Of a DNA stretch of 28,343 nucleotides, positions 17,134 to 26,078 are shown piece by piece. The translations under genes were made by a program, and so were the position numbers. Below the pieces are notes generated by a model. It was given only the letters and a program-made list of their open reading frames with translations, was not told where the DNA came from and made no database searches. The stretch comes from Gemmatimonadota bacterium (GTDB taxonomy: Bacteria; Latescibacterota; UBA2968; UBA8231): contig JAYOYH010000057.1 of the NCBI GenBank assembly GCA_038153405.1, forward strand, positions 1 to 28,343, in the 5' to 3' direction. Numbering within the stretch: the stretch's first letter is position 1; each line of letters begins with the position of its first letter.

Positions 17134-17889
17134 ATGGCCAATTTGCGTTTTGCCGCGCCCGTGGAGCGCCGCGCGGCCTGCATTACCGGGGGGGCGCGCG
17201 GCCTGGGGCGCGCAGCGGCGCTGCGCATCGCCGAAGAAGGACGCGATATCGCCCTGCTGGATGTGCTGGATACAGAGGCACAGCAGACGGTGGCCGATAT
17301 TGAGGCGCTAGGGCAGCGCGCACTGTATGTAAGGACGGACGTCACCGACGAGGGCCAAGTTCGCGCGGCCATCGATGGGACGGCCGAAGCGTTTGGCCGA
17401 CTCGACATTCTCGTTTGCTGCGCCGGTATTCTCGGCTGGGAAAAGCCGTTTTTAGAGCAGACCGCCGAACAGTTCCAAAAGGTGATGGATATCAACGTGC
17501 TCGGCGTCTATCACGCCCATCAGGCGGCCATACCGCATATGCTAAAGGGAGGCTGGGGGCGCTGTCTGACCATCACCTCGGGCGCGCGCAGAGGCTCGCC
17601 CAACCAGGTGCCCTATTCCGTATCAAAGGGCGCAGTGTTCTCCTTTGTACAGGCGCTGGGCAATGCCTGGGCGCGCGAGGGCGTCTTCGTCAACGGCGTG
17701 GAGCCCGGGCGGGCGCTGACCGATATGGTGGTGCCGCGCTTTTCCAAAGAACATCTGGCCGATCCGGGCAATCCGCTGGGGCGGTACTCCGATCCGGAGG
17801 AGGTGGCCGAGGTCATCGAATTCCTCTGCTCGGAGCGCAATACCTACACGACGGGTTCGGTGTGGAGCGTGAAAGGAGCGAGCGGGTGA
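17134..17889 (+). CDS. SDR-family NAD(P)-dependent oxidoreductase
   Basis: ITGGARGLG, DVTDE, FGRLDILVCCAG, YSVSK (YxxxK), VNGVEPG. Confidence 0.93.
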   Translation: MANLRFAAPVERRAACITGGARGLGRAAALRIAEEGRDIALLDVLDTEAQQTVADIEALGQRALYVRTDVTDEGQVRAAIDGTAEAFGRLDILVCCAGILGWEKPFLEQTAEQFQKVMDINVLGVYHAHQAAIPHMLKGGWGRCLTITSGARRGSPNQVPYSVSKGAVFSFVQALGNAWAREGVFVNGVEPGRALTDMVVPRFSKEHLADPGNPLGRYSDPEEVAEVIEFLCSERNTYTTGSVWSVKGASG

Positions 17890-19823
17890 AAATCACAGCA
17901 AACGTGCCGCTAGAGCGGGCGCCGGCTTGGGCGGTGCTCGAGCGCCAGCTCATCGCCGTAATGGAAGAGGCCGTCCATCCCTTTCTGGCCCAGTACACCC
18001 ACCCCGATGGACGCCTGATTTGGAAAGAGGGCATCCACCAGACCCGGGACGGGGCCGACGATTTTTACGAGAGCTTCTACAACTGGCCGCTGCTCTACTT
18101 GTTGGGGGGAGGCGATCACCTATTGGAATTGGGCCAGCGCCAGTGGGATGCGACGACGCGGCTGATGGAGGAAATCGGCCACGTCCACAAAGAATATGAG
18201 ATCGGCTACGATCAATTTCACCAGAGCGAGAGCTATATCTACTTCTACCTGCTGTGTCTGGCCGATCCACAGCACGAGAAAAATGTCGAACGGGCGCGGC
18301 GCTTTGCCGGCTTTTTCTTGAACGAAGACCCCGAGGCCATCAACTACGATCCCGACAAGAAGATCCTGCTCTGTGCGCACAACGGTTCGGGCGGGCCGCG
18401 CTGGCTCTACGACGAGAACGACGAGCCGTCCTACGGTTATTCGCCGGGCATGGCCGTCTACGGATTGCCCTTTGAAGACTTGGAAGGCATCCACTCGGTC
18501 GAAGATTTAAAGGATCCGGCCAACGCTCGGCGCATGGGGCAGGCGATGAAAGAGCGCATGGCCAAGGGGGATGTGGCGACCAATTTGCACGTCTGCTCGC
18601 TCATTGCCAACGCCTACTTGCTGACGGGAGACGAGAAGTACAAGCGCTGGCTATTGGAATACGTCGACGCGTGGATCGAGCGCGCGGCCGCATTTGACGG
18701 ATTTCTGCCCGACAATGTGGGGCTGTCCGGCCAGGTGGGCCAGTATACGGGCGGCAAGTGGTACGGCAGCATGTACGGCTGGACTTGGCCGCACGGCTTT
18801 TACAATATCGCCATGGCGGCCATTCTGGCCGGCGTAGAGTGCTTTCTGCTAACCGGGGAAAAGCAGTACCTCGAGCTGCCGCGCAACCAGATCCGCAAGG
18901 TCATGTCGGAGGGCAAGGTGGCCGATCTGAGCCAGCAGCCCATGAGTTTAGAGCACCACTGGACGGGGCAGCTCAAAGCGCTGGGCGATACAAAGGAAAG
19001 CTGGGTCGTACCCTACTGCTACGGCGCTAACGGGTGGTCCGACTGGCAGCCGCTGGCGCCGATGTACCCGCTGGCGCTGTGGAACGTCAGCGGCGACGAG
19101 GTTGATCGGGCGATGGTCGAGACCATCCGCCAAAACGAGACCTATGACTGGCGCAAGGTATTTTCCTTCCATTCCAAGGAGGATGCCGGCCACGAACAGC
19201 CGTGGTATGCCTTTCTGCAGGGCGAGAACCCGGACTATCCGGAGCAGATACTGCAGGCGGCGCTGGCCCAAGTCTATCGGCGCATGGAGCAGGTGCGGCG
19301 CGACGAGACCGATCCGCGCGACAATCATATTCACTGGTGGCAGCAGCTCAATCCGGTCACTACCGAGGCGCTGATCCAGCTGACGCTGGGCGCGCCGCAG
19401 CTGCTGTATAACGGCGGCCTGCTGCTGGCGCCGCTGCGCCACTTTGACGCCGAGGCGCGCCGTCCGGGTCTGCCGCCCGATGTGGGGGCCTTAGTCGAAG
19501 AGGTGCATGGCGACCGGGTCGTGCTGAACTTGGTGAATCTGAGCGCTCTCAGCGCGCGCACCGTGCGCGTGCTGGCCGGCACGTTGGGCGAGCACGAATT
19601 CACACAAGTGATATATAATCAAATAGATAGCATATATCCTGGCGCGGTTGGTGACTACGCGGCTCCCGACGTAGTTACGGCGGAAACGACGGCTTCCGTC
19701 CAGGCCAACTACCTCGATGTCGAGCTGCCTCCGGGCACGGAGATTCGCCTCCAACTCGGGCTGCAGCGGCACGTGCATCCGCCCTCCTATGCGGTTTCCC
19801 GTAATTGGTGGCTCTCAACATAA
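17886..19823 (+). CDS. Uncharacterised 645-aa protein (aromatic/acidic-rich, possible alpha/alpha-toroid enzyme)
   Basis: GTG 17886 overlaps the SDR stop (GTGA), so the ORF-track start at 17415 is an over-extension. Motif-like RDGADDFYESFYNWPLLY, GYDQFHQSE, LPDNVGLSG, RRPGLPPDVGALV. Confidence 0.75.
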   Translation: MKITANVPLERAPAWAVLERQLIAVMEEAVHPFLAQYTHPDGRLIWKEGIHQTRDGADDFYESFYNWPLLYLLGGGDHLLELGQRQWDATTRLMEEIGHVHKEYEIGYDQFHQSESYIYFYLLCLADPQHEKNVERARRFAGFFLNEDPEAINYDPDKKILLCAHNGSGGPRWLYDENDEPSYGYSPGMAVYGLPFEDLEGIHSVEDLKDPANARRMGQAMKERMAKGDVATNLHVCSLIANAYLLTGDEKYKRWLLEYVDAWIERAAAFDGFLPDNVGLSGQVGQYTGGKWYGSMYGWTWPHGFYNIAMAAILAGVECFLLTGEKQYLELPRNQIRKVMSEGKVADLSQQPMSLEHHWTGQLKALGDTKESWVVPYCYGANGWSDWQPLAPMYPLALWNVSGDEVDRAMVETIRQNETYDWRKVFSFHSKEDAGHEQPWYAFLQGENPDYPEQILQAALAQVYRRMEQVRRDETDPRDNHIHWWQQLNPVTTEALIQLTLGAPQLLYNGGLLLAPLRHFDAEARRPGLPPDVGALVEEVHGDRVVLNLVNLSALSARTVRVLAGTLGEHEFTQVIYNQIDSIYPGAVGDYAAPDVVTAETTASVQANYLDVELPPGTEIRLQLGLQRHVHPPSYAVSRNWWLST

Positions 19824-19835
19824 CGAGAAAAAATA

Positions 19836-20813
19836 ATGGATTACGTAAAATTAGGCCGCTCTGGTCTCAAGGTTTCTCGCCTGTGCTTGGGCACGGCCTT
19901 TCGCGGCTATTGGAATGGCCATACCGACGCCGAAACGGCGGCGGCGACCATCTACAAAGCCGTCGAAGGTGGGATTAATTTTATCGACTGCGCCAATTAC
20001 TACTTTCAGGGGCGCTGCGAAGAACTGCTGGGGCAGGCCATCCGCGAGATGGGTAACCGCGACGATCTGGTCGTTACGACCAAAGTGTGGAGTCAGATCG
20101 GTGAGGGGGTCAACGACCGCGGCCTGTCGCGCTTCCACATTATGCGCGAGATCGAGCGCTCGCTCAAGCGGCTGCAGTTGGATTACGTCGATATTTATCT
20201 CCTGCACCATTTTGACGCCGATACCCCGCTCGACGAAACGCTGCGCGCCTTTGACGATCTGCTGCGCCAAGGCAAGGTGCGCTATGTGGGCGCCTGTAAT
20301 TTCACCCCTGCGCAGGTGGTGGAGGCGCTGTGGACGGCCGAACGCGGCGGTATGGATCGCTGGGCCATTTTGCAAAATCAGTACAGCTTGTTGCACCGCT
20401 ATGAGATAGAGCCTGAACTTATACCAATATGTGAACGGTTTGGACTCGGCATGATGACCTATAGCCCGCTGGCAATCGGGCTGCTAACGGGGCGCTTTCG
20501 CCACGGCCAGACGCCGCCTGCCGACTCGCCGTGGGCGCAAAATAGCGACCGGTTTAAGGAGTTTATGGACGAGCGGGCCGATCGCCTGGTGGCCAGACTG
20601 GCCGATATGGGGCGCGAGCAAGGCAAGACGCCGGGGCAAGTCGCCATCGCCTGGCTGCTTGACCACCCCCAGATTACAGCGCCGATTATTGGCCCGGACC
20701 GCCCCGAACACGTCGAAGAGGTCCTCGGTGCCCTATCGGTGCAACTGAGCGTCGAGCAGCGCGCCGAATTGGATGCCCTGTCGGCCTGGGAGCGTCAGGA
20801 TAGGATATCGTAG
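19836..20813 (+). CDS. Aldo/keto reductase
   Basis: LGRSGLKVSRLCLGT, FIDCANYY, TTKV, SLKRLQLDYVDIYLLH, GKVRYVG, YSPLAIGLLTG. Confidence 0.95.
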   Translation: MDYVKLGRSGLKVSRLCLGTAFRGYWNGHTDAETAAATIYKAVEGGINFIDCANYYFQGRCEELLGQAIREMGNRDDLVVTTKVWSQIGEGVNDRGLSRFHIMREIERSLKRLQLDYVDIYLLHHFDADTPLDETLRAFDDLLRQGKVRYVGACNFTPAQVVEALWTAERGGMDRWAILQNQYSLLHRYEIEPELIPICERFGLGMMTYSPLAIGLLTGRFRHGQTPPADSPWAQNSDRFKEFMDERADRLVARLADMGREQGKTPGQVAIAWLLDHPQITAPIIGPDRPEHVEEVLGALSVQLSVEQRAELDALSAWERQDRIS

Positions 20814-20865
20814 GCCCGACTGCGTGCAGCGGTGCTGCTGCCCGATGTGCTGAAAGGAGGATGCG

Positions 20866-21207
20866 TTGAGTTGGTTGATGGCCTGGGTCGCCTTTAGTAC
20901 GTCCGTTTTTATCGCTGCGCAGATACTGCCCTTTGTCCATATTCGCTCGTTGGGCACGGCCGTGCGCGTAGCGGCCCTGTATGGCGTGCTCAAATTCTGC
21001 CTCTACTGGGTACTGGTCTTTGTTTCTCTCCCCCTTATTTTCATCACGCTGGGCCTCTTTCTGATCGTCATCAACGCGATCTTTTTGTGGATTACGGATA
21101 AGTTTATCGAGGGGTTCAAGATCGATAGTTTCCGCCATACGATTGTTGCCTCGCTGGTTATATCGGTGCTCGACCTGGTGCTGCGCTGGATTCTTCCCGG
21201 GGGTTAA
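20866..21207 (+). CDS. Phage holin family (4-TM, YvlD-like) membrane protein
   Basis: AGGAGG RBS before TTG; four hydrophobic segments; SLPLIFITLGLFLIVINA and GFKIDSF signatures. Confidence 0.85.
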   Translation: MSWLMAWVAFSTSVFIAAQILPFVHIRSLGTAVRVAALYGVLKFCLYWVLVFVSLPLIFITLGLFLIVINAIFLWITDKFIEGFKIDSFRHTIVASLVISVLDLVLRWILPGG

Positions 21208-21211
21208 TGCA

Positions 21212-21436
21212 ATGTTGCCCAACGAGTTTACAACGCTATATGAGTCATCCAATCGACAGCGTATATACGCGTACTCGCCCGGTTTAGCTCGGTTGCCGGG
21301 TGGGCGTCTCGTGGCGACGATGGACCAAGGCGGTCCCGGCGCGATCGACTTGCCGGGCCCAAAGCGCCCACGATGGCAAGTTGATCACGCTGTATCGGGT
21401 GCGCGCCTTTCGCCCATTAGCCTATGCATAAGCTGA
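21212..21436 (+). pseudogene. Probable truncated N-terminal fragment of a BNR/sialidase-like beta-propeller protein
   Basis: MLPNEFTTLYESSNRQRIYAYSPGLARLPGGRLVATMDQGGPG resembles a first propeller blade (SP-x-L-x-x-LPxGRLVA). It degenerates and stops after 74 codons with no Asp-box. Confidence 0.5.
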
Positions 21437-21475
21437 TTAACTTTATCTCGTAAAATAAAGGACTGCAAATAGATA

Positions 21476-23257
21476 GTGCGCTTATTTGATGTGGCTAGGC
21501 TCGATTCCTTCACCCGCGATGGAGGCGAGCAATCCTTCCTATTTGCCGCGCCCGAAGGGGCCGTAGAAGCGCGCGTTCCCGGCGAGGTGAAGCCCCTCAT
21601 AGCGGCCGTAGAAGCGGCCGTGCGCGCGGGGTTGCACGCCGTCGGCTACGTGTGTTATGAAGCGGCGGCGGCCCTAGACCCGCGCCTGCAGACCCACAGT
21701 CCCGATGCGCTACCGCTGGCCCATTTTTGCTTTTATCGCCAAAAGCGCGCCATTCCTGCCGGAGCGGGACTGCCAGACGATTGCGGCAGTGCTCTGGATT
21801 GGCAGCCTTCGATCGACCGTTCGGACTACGACGAGGCGATAGGGGCGATTCGGGCGCATTTGGCGGCAGGGGACAGCTATCAAGTCAACTATACCTTGCG
21901 CCTGCGCGCCCATTTCGAGGGCGATGCCGCCGCGCTATACGCCGCGCTGGGACGCGCGCAGCAGGCGCCTTTTGCCGCCTATCTCGACGACGGCGAGCAC
22001 GCTGTGATCTCCGCCTCGCCCGAACTCTTTTTTCGCCTGCGCGACGGGGTGCTCGAAACGCGGCCGATGAAGGGCACGCGCCGGCGCGGACGCTGGTTGG
22101 GCGAGGATCTTTGCATGGCCGACCAGCTGCGTTCATCACCTAAGGAATGCGCTGAGAATGTCATGATTACAGATATGTTGCGCAATGACTTAGGTCGTAT
22201 ATCGGAAACGGGCAGTGTCGAGGTCCCGACCCTGTTTTGCGCCGAGCGCTACCCCACGCTGTGGCAGCTCACCTCGACGGTGCGGTCGCGGTTGCGCCCG
22301 GACGTGGGGCTGGCCCAACTTTTTGGCGCGCTCTTTCCCTGCGCGTCGGTGACGGGGGCGCCCAAGGTGCGCACAATGGAGATTATTCGCGCCTTAGAGG
22401 CGGGTCCGCGCGGCATTTACACGGGCTGCGTTGGCTTTGTTTCGCCCGGTCCGGAGGCCTGTTTTAACGTGGCCATTCGCACCGTCCATCTGGACCGGGC
22501 GCGCGGCGCGCTTGAATTTGGCGTCGGTGGGGGCATCACCTGGGATTCTTCGGCACAGGGCGAGTACGACGAGTGCCTGGTCAAGGCGCGCGTGCTGTCG
22601 GCGCGGCGGCCGCCCTTTGATCTGCTGGAGACTCTGCTCTGGGACGGCGCGTCCTATTACCTGCTCGAGCGCCACCTGCAGCGATTGGTCGATTCGGCCG
22701 CTTATTGGGGGTTTGACTGCGATGTCGACGCCGTCAGAGCAGGTCTACGTGATACAAGTAAATCTTTTGGGAGCAAGGCGATGCGGGTGCGGCTGTTGCT
22801 CGGGATAAGCGGATCCGTAGCCTTGGAAAGCGTCGCATTGGGGCCCGCCAGTGCCGGGCCCATGCGCGCCCACTTAGCCAATGAGCCGGTTGACAGTGCC
22901 GATCCCTTTCTCTACCACAAGACGACGCACCGGGCCGTTTACGAGCGCGCTGCGGCCAATGTGCCCATGGGTGAAGAGGTGCTGCTCTTTAACGAGCGCG
23001 GCGAGCTGACGGAGTTTTGCATCGGCAACCTGCTGCTAGATATCGGCGGTAAGCGGTGGACTCCGCCCATTGCGAGCGGACTGCTGCCGGGCAGCCTGCG
23101 GGCCGAGCTTTTAGAGGAGGGCCAAATAGAAGAGAAAACGCTGACCCTAGAGGATCTGAAACGAGCCGACAACATCTTTTTAATCAATTCGGTGCGCCGC
23201 TTTGTGCCCATCGAATGCAACTTAGGAGGCAGGTATGTACCGCATAGGCGAAGCTGA
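21476..23257 (+). CDS. pabB: Bifunctional aminodeoxychorismate synthase component I / class IV aminotransferase-like (ADC lyase) fusion
   Basis: GDSYQVNYT, SASPELFF, PMKGT, AENVMITDMLRNDLGR, FPCASVTGAPK, FNVAIRT, GGGITWDS; C-terminal LLETL, HKTT, LLFNERGELTE, GLLPG, LINSVR. Confidence 0.92.
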   Translation: MRLFDVARLDSFTRDGGEQSFLFAAPEGAVEARVPGEVKPLIAAVEAAVRAGLHAVGYVCYEAAAALDPRLQTHSPDALPLAHFCFYRQKRAIPAGAGLPDDCGSALDWQPSIDRSDYDEAIGAIRAHLAAGDSYQVNYTLRLRAHFEGDAAALYAALGRAQQAPFAAYLDDGEHAVISASPELFFRLRDGVLETRPMKGTRRRGRWLGEDLCMADQLRSSPKECAENVMITDMLRNDLGRISETGSVEVPTLFCAERYPTLWQLTSTVRSRLRPDVGLAQLFGALFPCASVTGAPKVRTMEIIRALEAGPRGIYTGCVGFVSPGPEACFNVAIRTVHLDRARGALEFGVGGGITWDSSAQGEYDECLVKARVLSARRPPFDLLETLLWDGASYYLLERHLQRLVDSAAYWGFDCDVDAVRAGLRDTSKSFGSKAMRVRLLLGISGSVALESVALGPASAGPMRAHLANEPVDSADPFLYHKTTHRAVYERAAANVPMGEEVLLFNERGELTEFCIGNLLLDIGGKRWTPPIASGLLPGSLRAELLEEGQIEEKTLTLEDLKRADNIFLINSVRRFVPIECNLGGRYVPHRRS

Positions 23258-24410
23258 ACTGAAGCGCATTGGCTCTCTATTTGAGAGCGGCAAGATTTTT
23301 CGCTATGGCATGGGCGGTGAATGCGACCGCTTTGAGACGGACTGGGCGCGCTTTGTCGGCGTCGAGCACTGCCGCCTGTCGCGCTCGGGCACGGCTGCCC
23401 TCTACACGGCGCTGGTCGGCATGGGCATTGGTCCGGGCCATCAGGTGATCGTCCCCTCCTACACGTATATGGCGACGGCGCTGGCCGTGCTGGCCGCCGG
23501 GGCAATTCCGGTGATCGCCGATGTCGACGCCTCGTTAACCTTGTGCCCCAACGACTTTAAAAAGCGCATCACAAAGCATACGCGCGCCGTTATTCCGGTG
23601 CATATGGTCGGTCTGCCCTGCGATATGAAGAAGATCGTATCGATCGCCAAGAAAAACGACCTCTTAGTTCTCGAGGACGCCTGCCAGGCGGTGGGTGGTG
23701 GCTACGAGGGCCGGCCGCTGGGGTCGTGGGGAGACGCCGGCGCGTTCAGCTTTAACTTCTTCAAAAATATGACCTGTGGCGAAGGGGGGGCCTTTGTCAC
23801 CAACGACGAGCGGGTCTACCAGCGCGGTTCGGTGGCGGTGGACTGCTGTTCCTTTTACTGGAACCCCGACGAGGATCGCGATGATCTGCAGTTTGCCGGC
23901 CACAACTTCCGCGCCTCGGAAATCGAAGGGGCCGTCCTCAACGTCCAGCTGCGCCGAATCAAGGGGATGTTAAAAACCATGCGCGAGCATAAGAAGGCGC
24001 TGCTTCAAATGGGTGTCAAGTCAGGGTTGAAATCTATAAAAAACAATAGTATAGATCATGAATGCGGGACGCATTTAGGCTTTGCATTCCGCACGGAAGG
24101 GGCGGCGCGCGGCTTTAGCAATCGGCTCAAGGCCCAGGGCGTGGGCAACTTTCTGCCGATGGACACGGGGCGCCACGTCTACACGCGCTGGGAGCCGATA
24201 CTGCGCTATCAGGGCGCCCACCACCCGGCGCTCGACCCGTTTAAGATTGCAGCCAATAGGAAGGCGCGCATCGAATACAGCGAGGATATGTGCAAAAAAT
24301 CGCTGAGCATTCTGGCGCGATCGGTGCTGATTCCCATGCATCCCAACAACTCCCGGTCGCGCGTGGCCAAGATGGGAGCGGGCATTGTGGAGGCCGCGCG
24401 CGAGCACTAG
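23235..24410 (+). CDS. DegT/DnrJ/EryC1/StrS-family PLP-dependent aminotransferase
   Basis: AGGAGG RBS; SGTAAL, VIVPSYTYMATA, TRAVIPVHMVG, LEDACQAVG, FSFNFFKNMTCGEGG, GHNFRASE. Confidence 0.92.
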   Translation: MYRIGEAELKRIGSLFESGKIFRYGMGGECDRFETDWARFVGVEHCRLSRSGTAALYTALVGMGIGPGHQVIVPSYTYMATALAVLAAGAIPVIADVDASLTLCPNDFKKRITKHTRAVIPVHMVGLPCDMKKIVSIAKKNDLLVLEDACQAVGGGYEGRPLGSWGDAGAFSFNFFKNMTCGEGGAFVTNDERVYQRGSVAVDCCSFYWNPDEDRDDLQFAGHNFRASEIEGAVLNVQLRRIKGMLKTMREHKKALLQMGVKSGLKSIKNNSIDHECGTHLGFAFRTEGAARGFSNRLKAQGVGNFLPMDTGRHVYTRWEPILRYQGAHHPALDPFKIAANRKARIEYSEDMCKKSLSILARSVLIPMHPNNSRSRVAKMGAGIVEAAREH

Positions 24411-24463
24411 GCCTATTGGCTGGCAGCCGCTCTGCGCGTACGGTGGCGATCGGGCCCAATGGG

Positions 24464-24501
24464 GCTCGGCCCGCTCCCCTCTGGGGTGGAGCGGGCCGAG
24501 C
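24464..24501. terminator. GC-rich perfect hairpin between convergent genes (terminator or REP-like element)
   Basis: 14-bp stem GCTCGGCCCGCTCC / GGAGCGGGCCGAGC with a 10-nt loop; no U-tract on either side. Confidence 0.55.
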
Positions 24502-24515
24502 GTTCCGGTGGAACC

Positions 24516-25454
24516 CTACCGATACACGGCCTGTATCATGGCGCGGATAAAACCGACCGCATAGGCGTGCCCCTCGCGCTGGTCGCGGTCGCCGAGGATG
24601 TGTGGGGTGTGATCCATCATAAAGGGGCCCTCGAACCCCACATCCCGATAGGTTTGCATGGCGGCGAACATATCGACGTCGCCCTCGTCGATAAAGACTT
24701 CGCGAAAGGCGTGCGGGGTGCCGCGAATATTGCGGAAATGCACGTAGCATATCTTGTCGCGCATCCGCCGTATGGCCTCCGGCACGTCTTCGCCCATTTC
24801 GCGCACGCAGCCCTGGCAGAATAGCATCGCGTTGTTCGGGCTAGGGGTCGTGGTGAAAATGCGCTCGTACTGATCTAACGAGGAGACGATGCGCGCCGCG
24901 CCGCCCATGACGCGGGGAATGGGCGGATCGTCCGGGTGCAGGGCCAGCGTTACGTTGGCCTCTTCGGCCACGGGCACGATGCGCTGGTGGAAATGGCGCA
25001 GGTTTTCAAAGAGTGCCTCTGCACCGATGTGCTTGTCGGGAAAGTCTTTGCCCTCGGCTGCGTATTCGTCCCATACAAAGGTGCTGTACTGCGCGCCGCC
25101 GCGCCCGGTGGCCGAGGGCGTGCGGAAGTTGCCGACCGGTTTGAAGTTGTAGCCCAGCGTCGGCACGCCGGCGGTGCCTAATGCGCGGATCCAGTCGCAG
25201 TATTCCTCTATTTTGGCGTCGCGATCGGCCAGGCCTAAGGTAATTTCGTCAGGACCGACGACCGCGGCGTTGTAGAGGCGCAGGCCGTGGCGTTCGGCCT
25301 GTCGGCGGGCCCCCTTAAAGTAGTCGACCATATCGGCGTAGGTGCGCAGCGCCGGCGGTGGGTAGATCGTCAGATAGTCGACGCCAATCGCCTTGTAAAA
25401 GGCGAGGTTTTCGTCCGTCACGCGCTGGTGGGGCAGCTGGTCTTGAATAAACAT
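24516..25454 (-). CDS. uxuA: Mannonate dehydratase-like (UxuA family)
   Basis: ATG 25454 (GAGG upstream); GYNF, IVPVAEEANVTLALHPDDPP, FCQG, VHFRN, FIDEGDVDM, DHTP, YAVGFIRAM. Confidence 0.82.
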   Translation of the reverse strand: MFIQDQLPHQRVTDENLAFYKAIGVDYLTIYPPPALRTYADMVDYFKGARRQAERHGLRLYNAAVVGPDEITLGLADRDAKIEEYCDWIRALGTAGVPTLGYNFKPVGNFRTPSATGRGGAQYSTFVWDEYAAEGKDFPDKHIGAEALFENLRHFHQRIVPVAEEANVTLALHPDDPPIPRVMGGAARIVSSLDQYERIFTTTPSPNNAMLFCQGCVREMGEDVPEAIRRMRDKICYVHFRNIRGTPHAFREVFIDEGDVDMFAAMQTYRDVGFEGPFMMDHTPHILGDRDQREGHAYAVGFIRAMIQAVYR

Positions 25455-25467
25455 GAGGCCTCGTTGG

Positions 25468-25983
25468 CTAGGGGGGCGATTCGGGTGGGGGAATGCGCAG
25501 AATAGAAATGAGCAGGCCGCGCTTTTGCCCGTGCACTTCGGCAATCTCGGGCAGGTGGCCGACCTGCTGGAAGCCAAAGCGGTCGTTGAGGCGGCGGGTG
25601 GCCTCGTTGTGGTCGAAGTGCATGCCGATCAGCGTGGTTACGCCTAGGCGCGGACAGGCGTCGATCATGCGCTGCATCAGATCGCTGCCGATGCCCTGTC
25701 CCTGCGCGTCGTTGGCCATGTACAGGCTGACCTCAGCGGTTTTGTCGTAGGCCGGCCGGCCGCCGTAAAACGAGGTGATGTAGATGCAGCCGATGATTCG
25801 TCCGGCTCGTTCGGCCACCCATATGGGGCGCTTGTCGGGCGAGAATTGAGCAAACCACGCGCGGCGGTCCTCGACGCGAAGCGGTCGCGTATCGGCGGTG
25901 GACCGGCCAGCTGGAATAGATTGGTTATAGATGTCGACAAGGGCCGGTAAATCGGCCTCGGTCGCGTCGCGCACTCTGATCAT
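25468..25983 (-). CDS. GNAT N-acetyltransferase (phosphinothricin/methionine-sulfoximine acetyltransferase-like)
   Basis: MIRVRDATEADLPALVDIYNQSI, RPAYDKTAEVSLY, QGQGIG (acetyl-CoA motif), HNEAT...FGFQQVGHLPE. Confidence 0.9.
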   Translation of the reverse strand: MIRVRDATEADLPALVDIYNQSIPAGRSTADTRPLRVEDRRAWFAQFSPDKRPIWVAERAGRIIGCIYITSFYGGRPAYDKTAEVSLYMANDAQGQGIGSDLMQRMIDACPRLGVTTLIGMHFDHNEATRRLNDRFGFQQVGHLPEIAEVHGQKRGLLISILRIPPPESPP

Positions 25984-25990
25984 GGCGCTT

Positions 25991-26019
25991 ATTGTGCGCA
26001 CAGGTTCGGGCGCTGTCAA
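25991..26019 (-). promoter_or_regulatory. Sigma70 promoter positioned for a leaderless GNAT transcript
   Basis: TTGACA (26014-26019), 17-nt spacer, CACAAT (25991-25996), 7 nt, then ATG (25983); no Shine-Dalgarno. Confidence 0.55.
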
Positions 26020-26024
26020 CTGCA

Positions 26025-26053
26025 TTGAGTTAGGCTGTGCCTTTTCGTATCTT
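26025..26053 (+). promoter_or_regulatory. Sigma70 promoter for the SMP-30 gene
   Basis: TTGAGT, 17-nt spacer, TATCTT, followed by AGGAGG RBS and GTG 26079. Confidence 0.5.
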
Positions 26054-26078
26054 ACGCGCAAAACAGGAGGGTAATCGC

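Noticed and set aside
17415..17885. 802-aa version of the unknown protein overlapping the SDR
   Set aside because: The Arg/Gly-rich alternate-frame extension is typical of GC-rich DNA; the GTGA-coupled start at 17886 is more plausible.
20866..21207. Holin-family gene as evidence of a prophage
   Set aside because: This 4-TM family is commonly chromosomal; no endolysin, integrase or structural genes are nearby.
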